Below the pieces are notes generated by a model. That model did no database searches, had not been told where the DNA came from, and saw only the letters and a program-made list of their open reading frames with translations. This document shows, piece by piece, positions 1-10,763 of a DNA stretch of 32,000 nucleotides. Location: NCBI RefSeq assembly GCF_049243625.1, contig NZ_CP046975.1. The stretch is one strand, 5' to 3'. Source of the DNA: Corynebacterium amycolatum. Lineage in GTDB: Bacteria > Actinomycetota > Actinomycetes > Mycobacteriales > Mycobacteriaceae. Both the position numbers and the translations under genes were made by a program. Numbering within the stretch: the stretch's first letter is position 1; each line of letters opens with the position of its first letter.

Positions 1-99
1 TCACCGTCGGTCGCTACTATCTCGACCTCACCTTGGGCTCACCTCAAATCCGCAGTGTTCGAAAAAGTTTCACTGTGCCAATCCGCTGACTGACCTACC

Positions 100-2016
100 A
101 TGGTGCTCATGAGCAACTACCGAGTCTGGGCCCCGTACGCTTCCGAAGTCCGTCTGTTGTTGGGTAATCCTGACGCTCCTGCGATTTTTGATATGCATCC
201 AATCGCTGATGCCACCCATGGCTACGGCGCCAACTCTGGTTGGTTCGAAGCTGATGTGGCTCGCACACCGGGGGATCGCTACGCATTTTCGCTGCGGGCA
301 CATGCGGGATACGGCGCGCCTGACGGCGAGTCGGGGGACGGCTCCTCCCCCGCTGTCGGCGACTGGACAATACCGCTGCCCGATCCGCGTTCCCAGTCCC
401 AGCCAGATGGCCCGCATGGTTTCTCCCAGGTTGTCGACCTAGGTGCCTATAAGTGGAAGGACTCGACCTGGTCAGGACGGATTCTGCCAGGAGGTCTGAT
501 TTATGAGCTGCATGTGGGCACCTTCAGCGATTCTGGTGATTTCGAAGGTTTGCTGGAACATCTAGACCACCTGATTGAGCTGGGGGTAACACACATTGAG
601 CTGATGCCAGTGCAGCCTTTCGGCGGTGACCGTAATTGGGGCTATGACGGTGTGTCCTGGCACAGTGTGCACGAGGGCTACGGTGGCCCGCAGGGACTAC
701 AGAAGCTGATTGATGCCTGCCACCGCAAGGGTTTGGCCGTCATTCTTGATGTGGTCTATAACCACTTCGGTCCGGACGGCAACTATGTGGGATTTTTCGG
801 GCCCTACACCGCTGGTGGTTCGACGGGTTGGGGTGAGGTTGTCAATCTCACCGGCGACAACTCTGATGAGGTGCGTGCGTACATTTTGGATGCGGTACGC
901 CAATGGTTGGTGGACTACCACGTCGACGGTCTGCGCCTGGATGCGGTCCATGCCCTGCATGACGAGGGCGCATTCCACATTCTGGAGCAGATGCAGGTTG
1001 TCGCAGACACTGTCGCAGCTGAGACTGGTATTCCGCGTTCCTTGATTGCAGAGTCCGATCAAAATGATCCGCGCTTGGTCCGCCCGCGGGCTGCCGGTGG
1101 CTTTGGCCTCAACGCTCAGTGGGATGATGACGTCCACCATGCGCTGCACACGTTGATCTCTGGTGAAGACCACGCCTACTACTCGGACTTTGGTTCGGTG
1201 GAAGCGCTGGCTAGCGCTTTGGAAACCGGCTTCTGGCATACGGGCACAATGTCGACATTCCGCGGTCGTACTCACGGCCGCCCCTTTGACCTGTCTGTCC
1301 AGCCCATGCATGCTTTTGTAACGTACACGACCACGCATGATCAAACGGGTAACCGCGCTGTCGGCGACCGTCCGTCGATGAACCTCACCCCGGCGCAGCA
1401 GGTTTTAAAGGCAGCAGTTATCGCCTGCAGTCCTTTCACCCCGATGCTCTTCCAAGGTGAGGAATGGGGCGCCTCTACCCCGTTTGCTTTCTTCTGTTCC
1501 CATGAAGATCCGGAGCTGCAGCGGCTCACGCGCGAAGGACGACTACGTGAGTTTGCCCGTGCCGGGTGGGATCCGAAGGAGGTATCCGATCCATCGGATC
1601 CAGAGACCTTCCACCGCTCGAAGCTCAATTGGCAGGAGGTTTCGGAGGACTCGCACGCCACTATTCTGGCGGCCTACCGCGATCTCTTCGCGCTGCGGAA
1701 GTCCCACCCGTCGCTTCGCACGCCGTGGTCGGCATCTGTGGTGACCGAGTATGACGAGGACAATCGTTGCCTTGTCGTTGTGCGCAGCCAGGATGAGCGC
1801 GAAATGGGGGCCCGAAACTCGGATGCCTTTGAAACTGTCGCTTTGGTTGCGAATTTCTCCGACGCCGAAACCAGCGTCAGCCTGGATTCCGAGTTCGGCT
1901 CCGCCCACCTGCTGCACACTTTTGAAGACGCAGCAGCCAGCATCGTCAATGACGAAGCTGCTGGTCCCGAAATCTCGCTTCCAGCGTGGGGCTACGCTGT
2001 CGTCTCGCTCAGCTAG
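100..2016 (+). CDS. treZ: malto-oligosyltrehalose trehalohydrolase (GH13 family)
   Basis: 638-aa ORF. GH13 motifs are visible in the translation: GVTHIELMPV, WGYDGV, AVILDVVYNHFGP, VDGLRLDAVHAL, IAESDQND, THDQTGNR. The N-terminal YRVWAP and PDPRSQSQPDGPHG segments are typical of TreZ. The start is ambiguous (ATG100, GTG103 or ATG109). Confidence 0.9.
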   Translation: MVLMSNYRVWAPYASEVRLLLGNPDAPAIFDMHPIADATHGYGANSGWFEADVARTPGDRYAFSLRAHAGYGAPDGESGDGSSPAVGDWTIPLPDPRSQSQPDGPHGFSQVVDLGAYKWKDSTWSGRILPGGLIYELHVGTFSDSGDFEGLLEHLDHLIELGVTHIELMPVQPFGGDRNWGYDGVSWHSVHEGYGGPQGLQKLIDACHRKGLAVILDVVYNHFGPDGNYVGFFGPYTAGGSTGWGEVVNLTGDNSDEVRAYILDAVRQWLVDYHVDGLRLDAVHALHDEGAFHILEQMQVVADTVAAETGIPRSLIAESDQNDPRLVRPRAAGGFGLNAQWDDDVHHALHTLISGEDHAYYSDFGSVEALASALETGFWHTGTMSTFRGRTHGRPFDLSVQPMHAFVTYTTTHDQTGNRAVGDRPSMNLTPAQQVLKAAVIACSPFTPMLFQGEEWGASTPFAFFCSHEDPELQRLTREGRLREFARAGWDPKEVSDPSDPETFHRSKLNWQEVSEDSHATILAAYRDLFALRKSHPSLRTPWSASVVTEYDEDNRCLVVVRSQDEREMGARNSDAFETVALVANFSDAETSVSLDSEFGSAHLLHTFEDAAASIVNDEAAGPEISLPAWGYAVVSLS

Positions 2017-2025
2017 TCAGACAGG

Positions 2026-5000
2026 CTAGTCCTCCGCGTCAGCCGTGCCTTCAGGATCCGCGTCGGCCGCAGCGTCGGCCGCAGCGTCAGCATCAGCTTC
2101 GACATCAGCACCCGTCTCGGGTGCTGGCCACGGCAGCTCGGTGACATCACCGTGGAGGACGTGAGCCACCAACGCATCGGCGATGAGAATATCGCTCATC
2201 ACCAAAGTCGGAACCAGGTCCGCCAGCTGAGCCCACATCGGAATCAGCTCACGGACAGCGGCGACACTGGCATCAGAGTTCTCAGCCTGAGTACGAGCCA
2301 ATACGCGAGCAGCCACTGCAATAAGTAGCGAAGTGCCTGGCACCAGAGTCCAGTGCAGCGAAGGGTCATCCGCATCGATGCCGTCGAGCTTGTGGAAGCG
2401 CACATTGACCGCCTTGCGCAGTCGCGGTGATGCCTTCGACACCGTCTTGAACAACACCCGAGAGGCGGCGGCAAGCTGGGTCATCACACCGGATTCCACA
2501 ATCTCAGCACGATTGCGTACCACTTCGTAGATTGCTGTGAAGCGAGCGTCATCGTCGGTCAGCGGACCCGGGACCATGCGGTACGGATCAAAGACCTGCG
2601 ACAAAATAGCACTGGCCTGTGCTTCCGGCAGCGAGGTAATCTGCACCGAGCTCTGGTCGATAGTGGCGGACTCCAGAGTGGTGTCCTGGCCGCTGGCAGC
2701 AATGTCCAGCAGTCCCTGGCCACCAGTTGTGCGCAGGTAATCCAGCTGACGAGAACGGTCCACGCTCTCATCAGTGAGATCCGCCAATGCTGCCAATGCA
2801 CCGAGCCACGGCACACGGCGACGCCCCGGCACCGGCTTGGTGGCACTGAAGTCTCCCAGCACGAGTCCGGAGGCGATAAACATACCCGGCTGATCGTCGA
2901 GCGCAATGACTGAACGGTTCAACGCAGCCAGACCTGCGCGGGGTTCAGCACACAGGATTGCACCCAACCTAGGTGCGGCCAGCAGCGGATTCGCCTGCGC
3001 CATGTCGGTTGCACGACCAGCGCGCAAGGTCGCCAGCAGCGTCCACAAACGTGCGAGCTGATCCTGATTTAGCTCGCCCCACAGTTCCTGCGCGCGAGCA
3101 ACGGGATCGGTGTCCTCGCCATCGAGGTCAACAGCCTCGGCATCATCGACGTGATGCAGAATGGTCGACCCGGCCGCCGGCCACTGCGGGTGGCGTTCCT
3201 TCTCCACACCGAGAGTCACCTGCGCGACAAATGGGCCAAGGCCGCGGAGCTCGTCGGGAAGCTCGCATTCAGCCTCCACGACTTCCAGAGCGACGGGTTC
3301 ACGCCACGGCTGACCGGCAGCCCAGAGCCACAGAGTCATCGGCAAGTGCGAAACATCGTCCGCGACATCAACCTCGATGATGTCAGTGGCTTCATCATTG
3401 AAGGCAATCTGGCGGATGGCATTGCGGGAGGAAGCCTCCACCAGCGGTACAGACAGGCGCTTACGTCCCGTCACACGTGTCCAGTCCAAACTGATGCGCA
3501 GAGCCTTCAGCAGGGAGATACGGTCAGCGAACTTGCCGAACTCCGCGTAGCCAGTATCGCCGAATCGCTTGATGGGGACGCGGCAGATGTCGCGCTCACC
3601 GCTGGAAACTGCAACATGCGCATGGCGCAACTCACCCGGAGCATTGACGACAATCTTGCCGAAGGCATCGACACGCTTGGGACGAGTGACCAATGTAGTG
3701 GTGCGGCGGGCGACGGATTCGTCGGCAAGCGGAACCTCAAACTGCAGCGTGCCTGGCGTGACCTGCAACTGCAGCCATGCGCCCTCGTCGGTGGAAAGCT
3801 CGACGGCACCGGTGACTTCGTCCGCCCCGAGGCGCACGATAGCGGGCTCGGCATTAAGCGGCTTTTCGCCGGAGACAACGCGGATGTCAGCGGGGCTCAG
3901 ACCGTCGACGGTTGGGATGCGGAAGCCGTCACCACCACCGCTGTAAGTGATCGTAAGGTCTGCCTGCTCCGCAATGGCGAAGTGCTTCTGGAAGCTGCGG
4001 CCACGCGGATTGACCAGGCGAACCACGAACTCGCCGACCCACGGATAATCGTCATCGGTAAGGATCTCAACCTCGCCACCCGCGGCGGGTACGTCAAGGT
4101 CATAGACCATGACGGAATCCGTGGTAAACGCACCATAGCCGCCAAAATCGGTGACGATGGCGCGCCAGGACTCGTCCTTACCGGACAGCGTCGGCGGGAA
4201 CACAGCGACCGGACCACCGGCGTAAACCGGGGTGCCGTAGGCAGACACGGTGCCGTCGAGACGCGCGTGGGGCATGGTCATTCGCGGTTGACGCTGCGGT
4301 GACGCTGACCGAACCTCGCCCGCCGCCCCGGACCGACGAACCTGAACTGCATGAACATCGCGAAGATCGATCTCAGCGACTTGCCACAGCTTCCAGTTAA
4401 ATGGGCGCGGGTCCGATAGCAATGGCACCTCAGCACCCGTGACGGGGTCAACGAGTGTGGCATCAACCGGGTAGACCACCGTAGCGGACGTCGAGTGTAG
4501 CGAGACCTTGTCTGTGACCGACTGACCGTCGGCACCGAAAATGAGAATCGGGTCCTCAGTGCTAATCGCCGGAACTCGCCAGTGCTTCTCATCGCCGATT
4601 TCCACCAGCACATCGCGCACCGGCTCATCGATGGTCACCACTGGACGCGGCAGCGAATCCTGCAGGCCCACCACCGGGGTCGTTGCTACCGTGCCGCCGA
4701 AGGTGACACGCCAGGTCCGCCCCGCCGGATCCAGCGGCGTCGGTAGCTGTACGCCAACGGTCTGCGTCAGCTCATCGAAGTACAGCTGCGGGCGTCCGGT
4801 CGTTGCCACCACGCCCACGGCTTCACGACGATTCGCAGTACCCGCCGGGCGCATACGCAGCTCTTCACGTGCAGCGGCCACCAGCATGGGCGGAAGGCCC
4901 GCATCGAGCTGACCGAGTTCTTCCCGAGCCTCCCAGTTGGCCGGATCAGCGGCGGTGGCAATGGCGTAGCCGAGGGTTGCCTTAAACAACTTGTGCGCCT

Positions 5001-5739
5001 GACGAGGTGCCGTCCTGGCCAACTGACGCAGCGCCAGCGGATAGACACCATCTTCGGCCTCTGCTATTTCGGTCAGCAGCCCTTCGAGCAGCGGATGTAC
5101 CTTCGACAACGCCTGTACCAGGTCATTGGCCGAAGGATTGGTCAGCTCCGCTACCCCGGCAAGTTCCTCGCAGCGCTCGATAATCAGTGGCATCACCGAT
5201 AGCTGCACACCCGCGTGCAGCAGAAGCACCTGTGCCGCTTGCTGCAGCTCATCCGAATCGGCCTGGTCGCTGTCGACGTCGTTAGGCAAACCGGCATTTG
5301 TCAGCATCGTCGGCACAGCGGCGGCGAGGTGCGAGATGAGCGCGCCGGTAGTGTCAGCGTCTGGATCCAGCTGCAGAGCCGCCGGCCAGTCCAGCCACAT
5401 TTCGCTTGCCGACGCAACACGCGCGGCGCGCCCTACCAGCGAGGCAAGGGTGACCAGCGGGTGATTGTCAACGACGCTCTTCGCAGCATCAATATCGGCA
5501 GCGGTACCACCAGCCAGATGATGGGCCAGGAGCGTTCCCAAGAAGCGGTCGATACGCTCAACCTCGTCCATCGACAGCCCTGACCAGACAAACAATGGCT
5601 CAACTTTGGCCTGTGTGGCAGATTCCAGCAGCCCTGGAATCCGGGTGGCCAGATCCTGCTCTGCGGCAGCCAGCCACATTTCGACAATCACGGTATTTTC
5701 CACTCGGACACCCTGGTCGACACTGCTTGCCCCAGTCAT
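2026..5739 (-). CDS. large hypothetical cytoplasmic protein (1237 aa), function unknown
   Basis: Uninterrupted 3.7-kb frame with typical high-GC codon usage. The Shine-Dalgarno-like GAAAGGGAG lies about 12 nt upstream of ATG 5739. I found no signal peptide, TM segment, Walker A or other catalytic motif by eye. The C-terminus is an acidic Asp/Ala tail. Same strand as ilvA and dnaE1. Confidence 0.8.
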   Translation of the reverse strand: MTGASSVDQGVRVENTVIVEMWLAAAEQDLATRIPGLLESATQAKVEPLFVWSGLSMDEVERIDRFLGTLLAHHLAGGTAADIDAAKSVVDNHPLVTLASLVGRAARVASASEMWLDWPAALQLDPDADTTGALISHLAAAVPTMLTNAGLPNDVDSDQADSDELQQAAQVLLLHAGVQLSVMPLIIERCEELAGVAELTNPSANDLVQALSKVHPLLEGLLTEIAEAEDGVYPLALRQLARTAPRQAHKLFKATLGYAIATAADPANWEAREELGQLDAGLPPMLVAAAREELRMRPAGTANRREAVGVVATTGRPQLYFDELTQTVGVQLPTPLDPAGRTWRVTFGGTVATTPVVGLQDSLPRPVVTIDEPVRDVLVEIGDEKHWRVPAISTEDPILIFGADGQSVTDKVSLHSTSATVVYPVDATLVDPVTGAEVPLLSDPRPFNWKLWQVAEIDLRDVHAVQVRRSGAAGEVRSASPQRQPRMTMPHARLDGTVSAYGTPVYAGGPVAVFPPTLSGKDESWRAIVTDFGGYGAFTTDSVMVYDLDVPAAGGEVEILTDDDYPWVGEFVVRLVNPRGRSFQKHFAIAEQADLTITYSGGGDGFRIPTVDGLSPADIRVVSGEKPLNAEPAIVRLGADEVTGAVELSTDEGAWLQLQVTPGTLQFEVPLADESVARRTTTLVTRPKRVDAFGKIVVNAPGELRHAHVAVSSGERDICRVPIKRFGDTGYAEFGKFADRISLLKALRISLDWTRVTGRKRLSVPLVEASSRNAIRQIAFNDEATDIIEVDVADDVSHLPMTLWLWAAGQPWREPVALEVVEAECELPDELRGLGPFVAQVTLGVEKERHPQWPAAGSTILHHVDDAEAVDLDGEDTDPVARAQELWGELNQDQLARLWTLLATLRAGRATDMAQANPLLAAPRLGAILCAEPRAGLAALNRSVIALDDQPGMFIASGLVLGDFSATKPVPGRRRVPWLGALAALADLTDESVDRSRQLDYLRTTGGQGLLDIAASGQDTTLESATIDQSSVQITSLPEAQASAILSQVFDPYRMVPGPLTDDDARFTAIYEVVRNRAEIVESGVMTQLAAASRVLFKTVSKASPRLRKAVNVRFHKLDGIDADDPSLHWTLVPGTSLLIAVAARVLARTQAENSDASVAAVRELIPMWAQLADLVPTLVMSDILIADALVAHVLHGDVTELPWPAPETGADVEADADAAADAAADADPEGTADAED
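2060..2092. repeat. tandem 12-bp repeat GCGTCGGCCGCA x2 plus a degenerate third copy, encoding the (AADA)n acidic tail
   Basis: Direct reading: gcgtcggccgca at 2060-2071 and again at 2072-2083, followed by gcgtcagca at 2084-2092. It lies in the last codons of the 1237-aa ORF. Confidence 0.7.
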
Positions 5740-5845
5740 TGTGGGTGGACGCTCCCTTTCGCTACAAAGCTTGCTCGAAAAGATTCATTTAATTAATGGA
5801 CCTGGGAGGACTCCCTCGGAAGTTTCCCAGCTGGACCCAGCAAGT

Positions 5846-7141
5846 CTAGGTCAAAAAGTCATACTCTGGTGTGCCGGGCACTAGTCGGCGACACTTCAGC
5901 GGCGAGGCATCCATGCGTGCGAGCAATTCATCGAGGTCAGAGGCATGACGTAGCTCAATACCGACGAGGGCCGCACCAGTTTCGCGGTTGTTGCGCTTGA
6001 GATACTCGAACTGCGAGATGTCGTCATCCGGTCCGAGAACATCGCTGAGGAACATACGCAGCTGGCCGGGCTTCTGCGGGAAGTTCACCAGGAAGTAGTG
6101 CTTGAGGCCGCGGTAGACCAGCGAGCGCTCCATGATCTCGGCATAGCGCAGCACGTCGTTGTTGCCACCCGAGATGATGCAGACAACAACCTCGTCCGGC
6201 TCAAACTGCATCTGCTCCAGAGCTGCCACAGACAGCGCACCGGCGGGCTCCGCGATAATCCCTTCGTTCTGGTAGAGATCCAACTGGGCCTCACAGACGG
6301 CACCTTCCGGCGCAATCATCGGATGAACGCGGTTGCGGTTGGCCTCCAGGATGTGCCAGGGTAGGTCACCAAAGCGGGCCACCGCGGCGCCGTCGACGAA
6401 CGGATCGGTGTGCCCCAACGTAATCGGGCCGTTGTTCTCCAGGGCTGCGCGCATGCAGGCCGCGCCCGCAGGTTCCACGCCCATGACCTGGGTGTTCGGC
6501 GACATATCCGACAGGTAAGAGGTGACACCGCTGAGCAGGCCACCGCCGCCGACCGGTACGCAGATGGTATCCAGAGTCAACCCCTGACCGGAGAGCTGCG
6601 CAATGATTTCAGCTGCGACAGTGCCTTGTCCGACGATGGTGTTGAAAGAGTCGAATGGCTCCACCATGGTGGCACCAGTGCGCTGTGCGTCGGCACGAGC
6701 AGCAGCGGCGGCCTCATCGAAGGAGTCTCCGACAACGACAATTTCAACGGCATCGCGGCCGTGGTAAGCGATACGGTCGCGCTTCTGCTTCGGCGTGGCA
6801 TTGGGCACATAGATGCGCCCCTTAATACCCAGCTGACGGCAGGCATATGCCACGCCTTGAGCGTGGTTTCCTGCAGATGCCGCAACGACGCCTGCTGCCC
6901 GCTCTTCGTCGGTGACCTGAACCATGGCGTTGTAGGCACCGCGAATCTTGTACGAGCGCACGTCCTGGAGGTCTTCCCGCTTGAGGAATACCTTAGCGCC
7001 GGTGATTTCGGAAAGACGTGGGCTGAACTGCAGCGGAGTGGCCGCAATAACCGAAGAAATTCGTGCCTGCGCAATCTGAATATCGGCCGCGTGGACAAGT
7101 CGGCGTTCGGTCTGGGAAGCAGGCACAGAATTCTCACTCAT
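5846..7141 (-). CDS. ilvA: threonine dehydratase (biosynthetic, short form with a single regulatory domain)
   Basis: 431 aa. PLP-lysine motif FLKREDLQDVRSYKIRGAYN, GNHAQGVA, a glycine-rich loop GGGGLLSG and a C-terminal ACT-like regulatory region. The length matches corynebacterial IlvA. Confidence 0.92.
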   Translation of the reverse strand: MSENSVPASQTERRLVHAADIQIAQARISSVIAATPLQFSPRLSEITGAKVFLKREDLQDVRSYKIRGAYNAMVQVTDEERAAGVVAASAGNHAQGVAYACRQLGIKGRIYVPNATPKQKRDRIAYHGRDAVEIVVVGDSFDEAAAAARADAQRTGATMVEPFDSFNTIVGQGTVAAEIIAQLSGQGLTLDTICVPVGGGGLLSGVTSYLSDMSPNTQVMGVEPAGAACMRAALENNGPITLGHTDPFVDGAAVARFGDLPWHILEANRNRVHPMIAPEGAVCEAQLDLYQNEGIIAEPAGALSVAALEQMQFEPDEVVVCIISGGNNDVLRYAEIMERSLVYRGLKHYFLVNFPQKPGQLRMFLSDVLGPDDDISQFEYLKRNNRETGAALVGIELRHASDLDELLARMDASPLKCRRLVPGTPEYDFLT

Positions 7142-7197
7142 GAGCTATGACTCTACTCGGTCATACAATCGGTTGCGACAATCAGGGCCGCGATGAG

Positions 7198-10100
7198 CTA
7201 CCCCAAAATGCTGGCCCCAATCGTCGCCTTCAGATCACCAATCAAGCTGGCGTCCCGGTCGACCCGCAAGTGCTCGCCGAGAACCAAAGTGGTGTGGGAA
7301 TCACCGTCGACAAGCTTGAGGTAGACGTCCGAGTCGCCGGGATTGTCCAACAGGACTGACTTCAGCTTGGCAATCATCTCCGGTGTGCACTGATCAGTGC
7401 GCATGGTCAGACGCAGCGGCGCCGACGTGGAGCCATTGCGGCCGAGATCCGGCAGCTTCAGGTCATCACAGACCACACTCATGCGGTCATCGCGGTACTG
7501 AACACGAGCACGAATAAGCACGATGGCGTCTTCAGCAATGCTGGTGGCAATCATCGCGTATGTACGAGCAAAAGCCATGACTTCCACGCGCGCGCCGTTG
7601 TGGTCCTCAATACCGATAATCGCCCAGGGCTGACCGTTCTTATTCACGCGGCGGTCAACGCTGGAGACAATGCCACCAATAGTGATTTCGGTGTTGTTAG
7701 CGACCTCCCCACCGACGACCGTGGTCAAAGCGGTATCGGTCTGTGCGGCCAGCGATTCTTCGAACCCATCGAGTGGATGACCGGAGACATAGAGGCCCAG
7801 CATTTCTCGTTCCAGGGTCAGCTCGTGCTTGCGATCCCACTTTTCATCCGGCACACGGATTTCAAAGATGCTCTCCGAACCGGTGTCCTCTTCGCCACCA
7901 AAGCCAGCAAACAGGTCGAACTGTCCCTTGTCTGCAGCCTTCTTGGTCGACAGCACCGAGTCAATGGCTTCTTCGTGAATGAGCGCAAGGCCCTTTCGTG
8001 GGTGCCCAAGCGAGTCGAAAGCGCCAGCCTTAATCAGCGACTCGGTGATGCGCTTGTTACATGGCAGCGTTTCAATCTTGTCCAGGTAGTCCGAGAAGGA
8101 CGTGAACTTGCCCTTCTCCTCGCGCGTCTTCACAATCGACGCGACCACATCATGGCCAACGTTGCGGATAGCGCCGAGGCCGAAGCGAATATCTTCACCG
8201 ACCGGCTCGAAATCCATACCCGACTCATTGACATCCGGCGGCAGCACCTTAATGCCAAGGTGGCGACAGTCCGACAGATAAATAGCCAGCTTGTTCTTAT
8301 CATCCGCCACCGAGGTCAACAGCGCCGCCATGTACTCAGCGGTGTAGTTGGCCTTCAAGTACGCGGTCCAATAGGACACCAGGCCGTAGCCCGCCGCGTG
8401 AGACTTGTTAAACGCGTACGAGGCGAAGGGCAGAATAATATCCCACAGCTTCTGGACAGCATCCTTGGAAAAACCATTTTCCAACATGCCGCCTTCGAAG
8501 TTCACGAACTCCTTGGCCAGCACCTCGGGCTTCTTCTTACCCATGGCCTTACGGAAACCATCTGCTTGGCCCGCGGTGTAATTCGCCAGCTTTTGCGAGA
8601 TTTTCATGATCTGCTCCTGGTACACGATCAGGCCGTGTGTTTCTTCCAGGATTTCCTTCAGCTGCTCATCCAGTTCCGCGTGGATGGCGTTATAAGGCTT
8701 GCGACCATTCTTAATATCCGCGTAGTCAAAGTGCGCGTTCACACCCATCGGTCCCGGACGGTACAGCGCCAGCGAAGCCACGATGTCGTCAAAGCCCGTT
8801 GGCTGCATGCGCTTGAGCAGCTCACGCATGCCGCCACCATCGAGCTGGAACACACCGAGGGTGTCGCCGCGCGACAGCAGCTCATAGACCTTCGGATCAT
8901 CGGTCTGAAGGTCATCGAGCAGAACTGTCTCGCCTCGGTTGGACTTGATGTGCTCAATACAGTCACCGATAACCGTCAGGTTTCGAAGACCTAGGAAGTC
9001 CATCTTCAACAGACCGATAGCCTCACACGCCGGATAGTCCCAGCCAGTGATGATCGCGCCGTCAGCCTGTCGCTTCCACATGGGGATGTGATCCAAAAGT
9101 GGCACCGACGCCATCACCACGGCACAGGCGTGCACGCCGGTCTGCCTAACGACGCCTTCGAGACCACGAGCCGTCTCGTAAATTCGAGCCACATCCGGAT
9201 CGGTTTCAATAAGCTGTCGGACCTCGGCGGCCTCGCCGTAGCGTGGGTGCTCCGGGTCGACAATACCGCTCAGCGGAATGTCCTTAGCCATAATCGCAGG
9301 TGGCAGCGCCTTAGTAATGCGGTCTGCAATCTGGTAACCCGGCTGACCGAACTGCACACGCGCCGAGTCCTTCAGAGCCTGCTTGGTCTTCACCGTACCG
9401 AAGGTGACCACCTGCGCTACCTTGTCTTCGCCCCAGCGATCGGCCGCGTAGCGAATCATTTCATCGCGGCGGCGGTCATCGAAGTCGATATCGATATCCG
9501 GCGCGGACGGACGCTCTGGGTTCAGGAATCGCTCGAAGAGAAGGCCGTGCTCAATCGGGTCGATATTGGTGATCCACGTCGCGTATGCAACCAGAGAACC
9601 GGCAGCGGAACCACGCCCCGGACCAACCTTGATTCCTACCTCACGGGCATGCCGAATCAGCTCCGCGACGATAAGGAAGTACGACGGGTAGCCCTTACCG
9701 TCAATAACCTCAATTTCGTACTCCGCGCGCCGGATGTACTCCTCCGGTACCTCGCGGCCCTCAAAGCGCTTGCGCAGCCCCTCCATCACGTTGTGGTGCA
9801 GCCATGTCGTCGGCGTTTCCCCTTCCGGAACGTCCGCCTTCGGCATGCGGTCGTGCGGGTGCTCTTCCCACAGCTCGTCGTAGTCCTCGACGCGTTCCGC
9901 GATGAGCAGCGTGTTATCGCAGGCACCCGGAACTAGATGATCCCAGGTCGCGCGCATTTCTTCGGCGGACTTAATAAAGTAGCCATCACCGTCGAACTTA
10001 AACCGGTCCGGGTCATTGAGCGTCTTGCCCGTCTGCACACAGAGCATGGCCTCGTGAGCCTTGGCCTGGTCACGGGTAACGTAGTGGCAGTCATTCGTAA

Positions 10101-10755
10101 CCAGTGGCGGCAAGTTCAGCTTCCGGCCAATCTCCAGTAGCTCACTGCGCACACGGGTCTCAATATCCAGCCCGTGATCCATCAGTTCAAGGAAGTAGTT
10201 TTCCTTGCCGTAGATGTCCTGCCACATACCGGCAGCCTGCAGAGCCTCGTCGAACTGCCCCAGGCGCAGACGCGTCTGCACATCACCCGACGGACACCCA
10301 GTGGTTGCGATAATGCCCTCGGCGCGTTCCGCCACCAACTCCGCATCCATTCGCGGGTACTTACTAATTTGTCCCTCATACGACGCCATCGACGACAGGT
10401 AGAACAGGTTCCGCAGACCCTGCGCATTCGCTGCCAACATGGTCTGGTGCAAGTAGGAACCGCGACCCGAGACGTCATCTCGACGCTGATGCGGCTCACC
10501 CCACTGAATGCGCTTTTTGTTGAAGCGACTCTCCGGCGCCATATAGGCCTCAATGCCGATGATCGGCTTGACGCCCTTGGACTTCATCTGCCGATAGAAA
10601 GCATTTGAGCCAAACATATTGCCGTGGTCGGTGACACCGACCGCAGGCATTCCCTGTCGCGCAACCTCGTCGGCAAGCAAATCAATCTTCGCCATACCGT
10701 CGAGCATGGAATACTCGGTGTGATTGTGGAGGTGCACGAAGGAGGAGTTAGCCAT
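7198..10755 (-). CDS. dnaE: DNA polymerase III alpha subunit
   Basis: PHP-domain start [20 protein letters not shown], followed by the polymerase core and an OB-fold C-terminus. The track ORF extends to 10806 from a GTG. I prefer ATG 10755 because homologous DnaE1 proteins begin just before the HLH.HT.YS motif. Confidence 0.95.
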   Translation of the reverse strand: MANSSFVHLHNHTEYSMLDGMAKIDLLADEVARQGMPAVGVTDHGNMFGSNAFYRQMKSKGVKPIIGIEAYMAPESRFNKKRIQWGEPHQRRDDVSGRGSYLHQTMLAANAQGLRNLFYLSSMASYEGQISKYPRMDAELVAERAEGIIATTGCPSGDVQTRLRLGQFDEALQAAGMWQDIYGKENYFLELMDHGLDIETRVRSELLEIGRKLNLPPLVTNDCHYVTRDQAKAHEAMLCVQTGKTLNDPDRFKFDGDGYFIKSAEEMRATWDHLVPGACDNTLLIAERVEDYDELWEEHPHDRMPKADVPEGETPTTWLHHNVMEGLRKRFEGREVPEEYIRRAEYEIEVIDGKGYPSYFLIVAELIRHAREVGIKVGPGRGSAAGSLVAYATWITNIDPIEHGLLFERFLNPERPSAPDIDIDFDDRRRDEMIRYAADRWGEDKVAQVVTFGTVKTKQALKDSARVQFGQPGYQIADRITKALPPAIMAKDIPLSGIVDPEHPRYGEAAEVRQLIETDPDVARIYETARGLEGVVRQTGVHACAVVMASVPLLDHIPMWKRQADGAIITGWDYPACEAIGLLKMDFLGLRNLTVIGDCIEHIKSNRGETVLLDDLQTDDPKVYELLSRGDTLGVFQLDGGGMRELLKRMQPTGFDDIVASLALYRPGPMGVNAHFDYADIKNGRKPYNAIHAELDEQLKEILEETHGLIVYQEQIMKISQKLANYTAGQADGFRKAMGKKKPEVLAKEFVNFEGGMLENGFSKDAVQKLWDIILPFASYAFNKSHAAGYGLVSYWTAYLKANYTAEYMAALLTSVADDKNKLAIYLSDCRHLGIKVLPPDVNESGMDFEPVGEDIRFGLGAIRNVGHDVVASIVKTREEKGKFTSFSDYLDKIETLPCNKRITESLIKAGAFDSLGHPRKGLALIHEEAIDSVLSTKKAADKGQFDLFAGFGGEEDTGSESIFEIRVPDEKWDRKHELTLEREMLGLYVSGHPLDGFEESLAAQTDTALTTVVGGEVANNTEITIGGIVSSVDRRVNKNGQPWAIIGIEDHNGARVEVMAFARTYAMIATSIAEDAIVLIRARVQYRDDRMSVVCDDLKLPDLGRNGSTSAPLRLTMRTDQCTPEMIAKLKSVLLDNPGDSDVYLKLVDGDSHTTLVLGEHLRVDRDASLIGDLKATIGASILG

Positions 10756-10763
10756 GAGTCCAG

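Noticed and set aside
1-89. Possible 3' end of an upstream plus-strand gene (frame 3 reads TVGRYYLDLTLGSPQIRSVRKSFTVPIR-stop)
   Set aside because: Only 28 codons are visible. All three frames are open over this stretch and third-position GC content does not discriminate between them, so the region cannot be identified or confidently called.
236-252. GGTTCGAAG T-loop-like sequence that might suggest a tRNA
   Set aside because: It lies inside the treZ coding frame, and no acceptor or anticodon stem can be built around it.
3151-4302. 383-aa plus-strand ORF inside the 1237-aa gene
   Set aside because: Its Arg/Gly/Ala-rich, low-complexity translation is typical of antisense shadow ORFs in high-GC DNA. 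It has no Shine-Dalgarno sequence, and the minus-strand frame is continuous over 3.7 kb with coherent codon usage.
7600-8994. 464-aa plus-strand ORF antisense to dnaE
   Set aside because: The opposite strand encodes an unmistakable DnaE1 polymerase core, so this is a shadow ORF.
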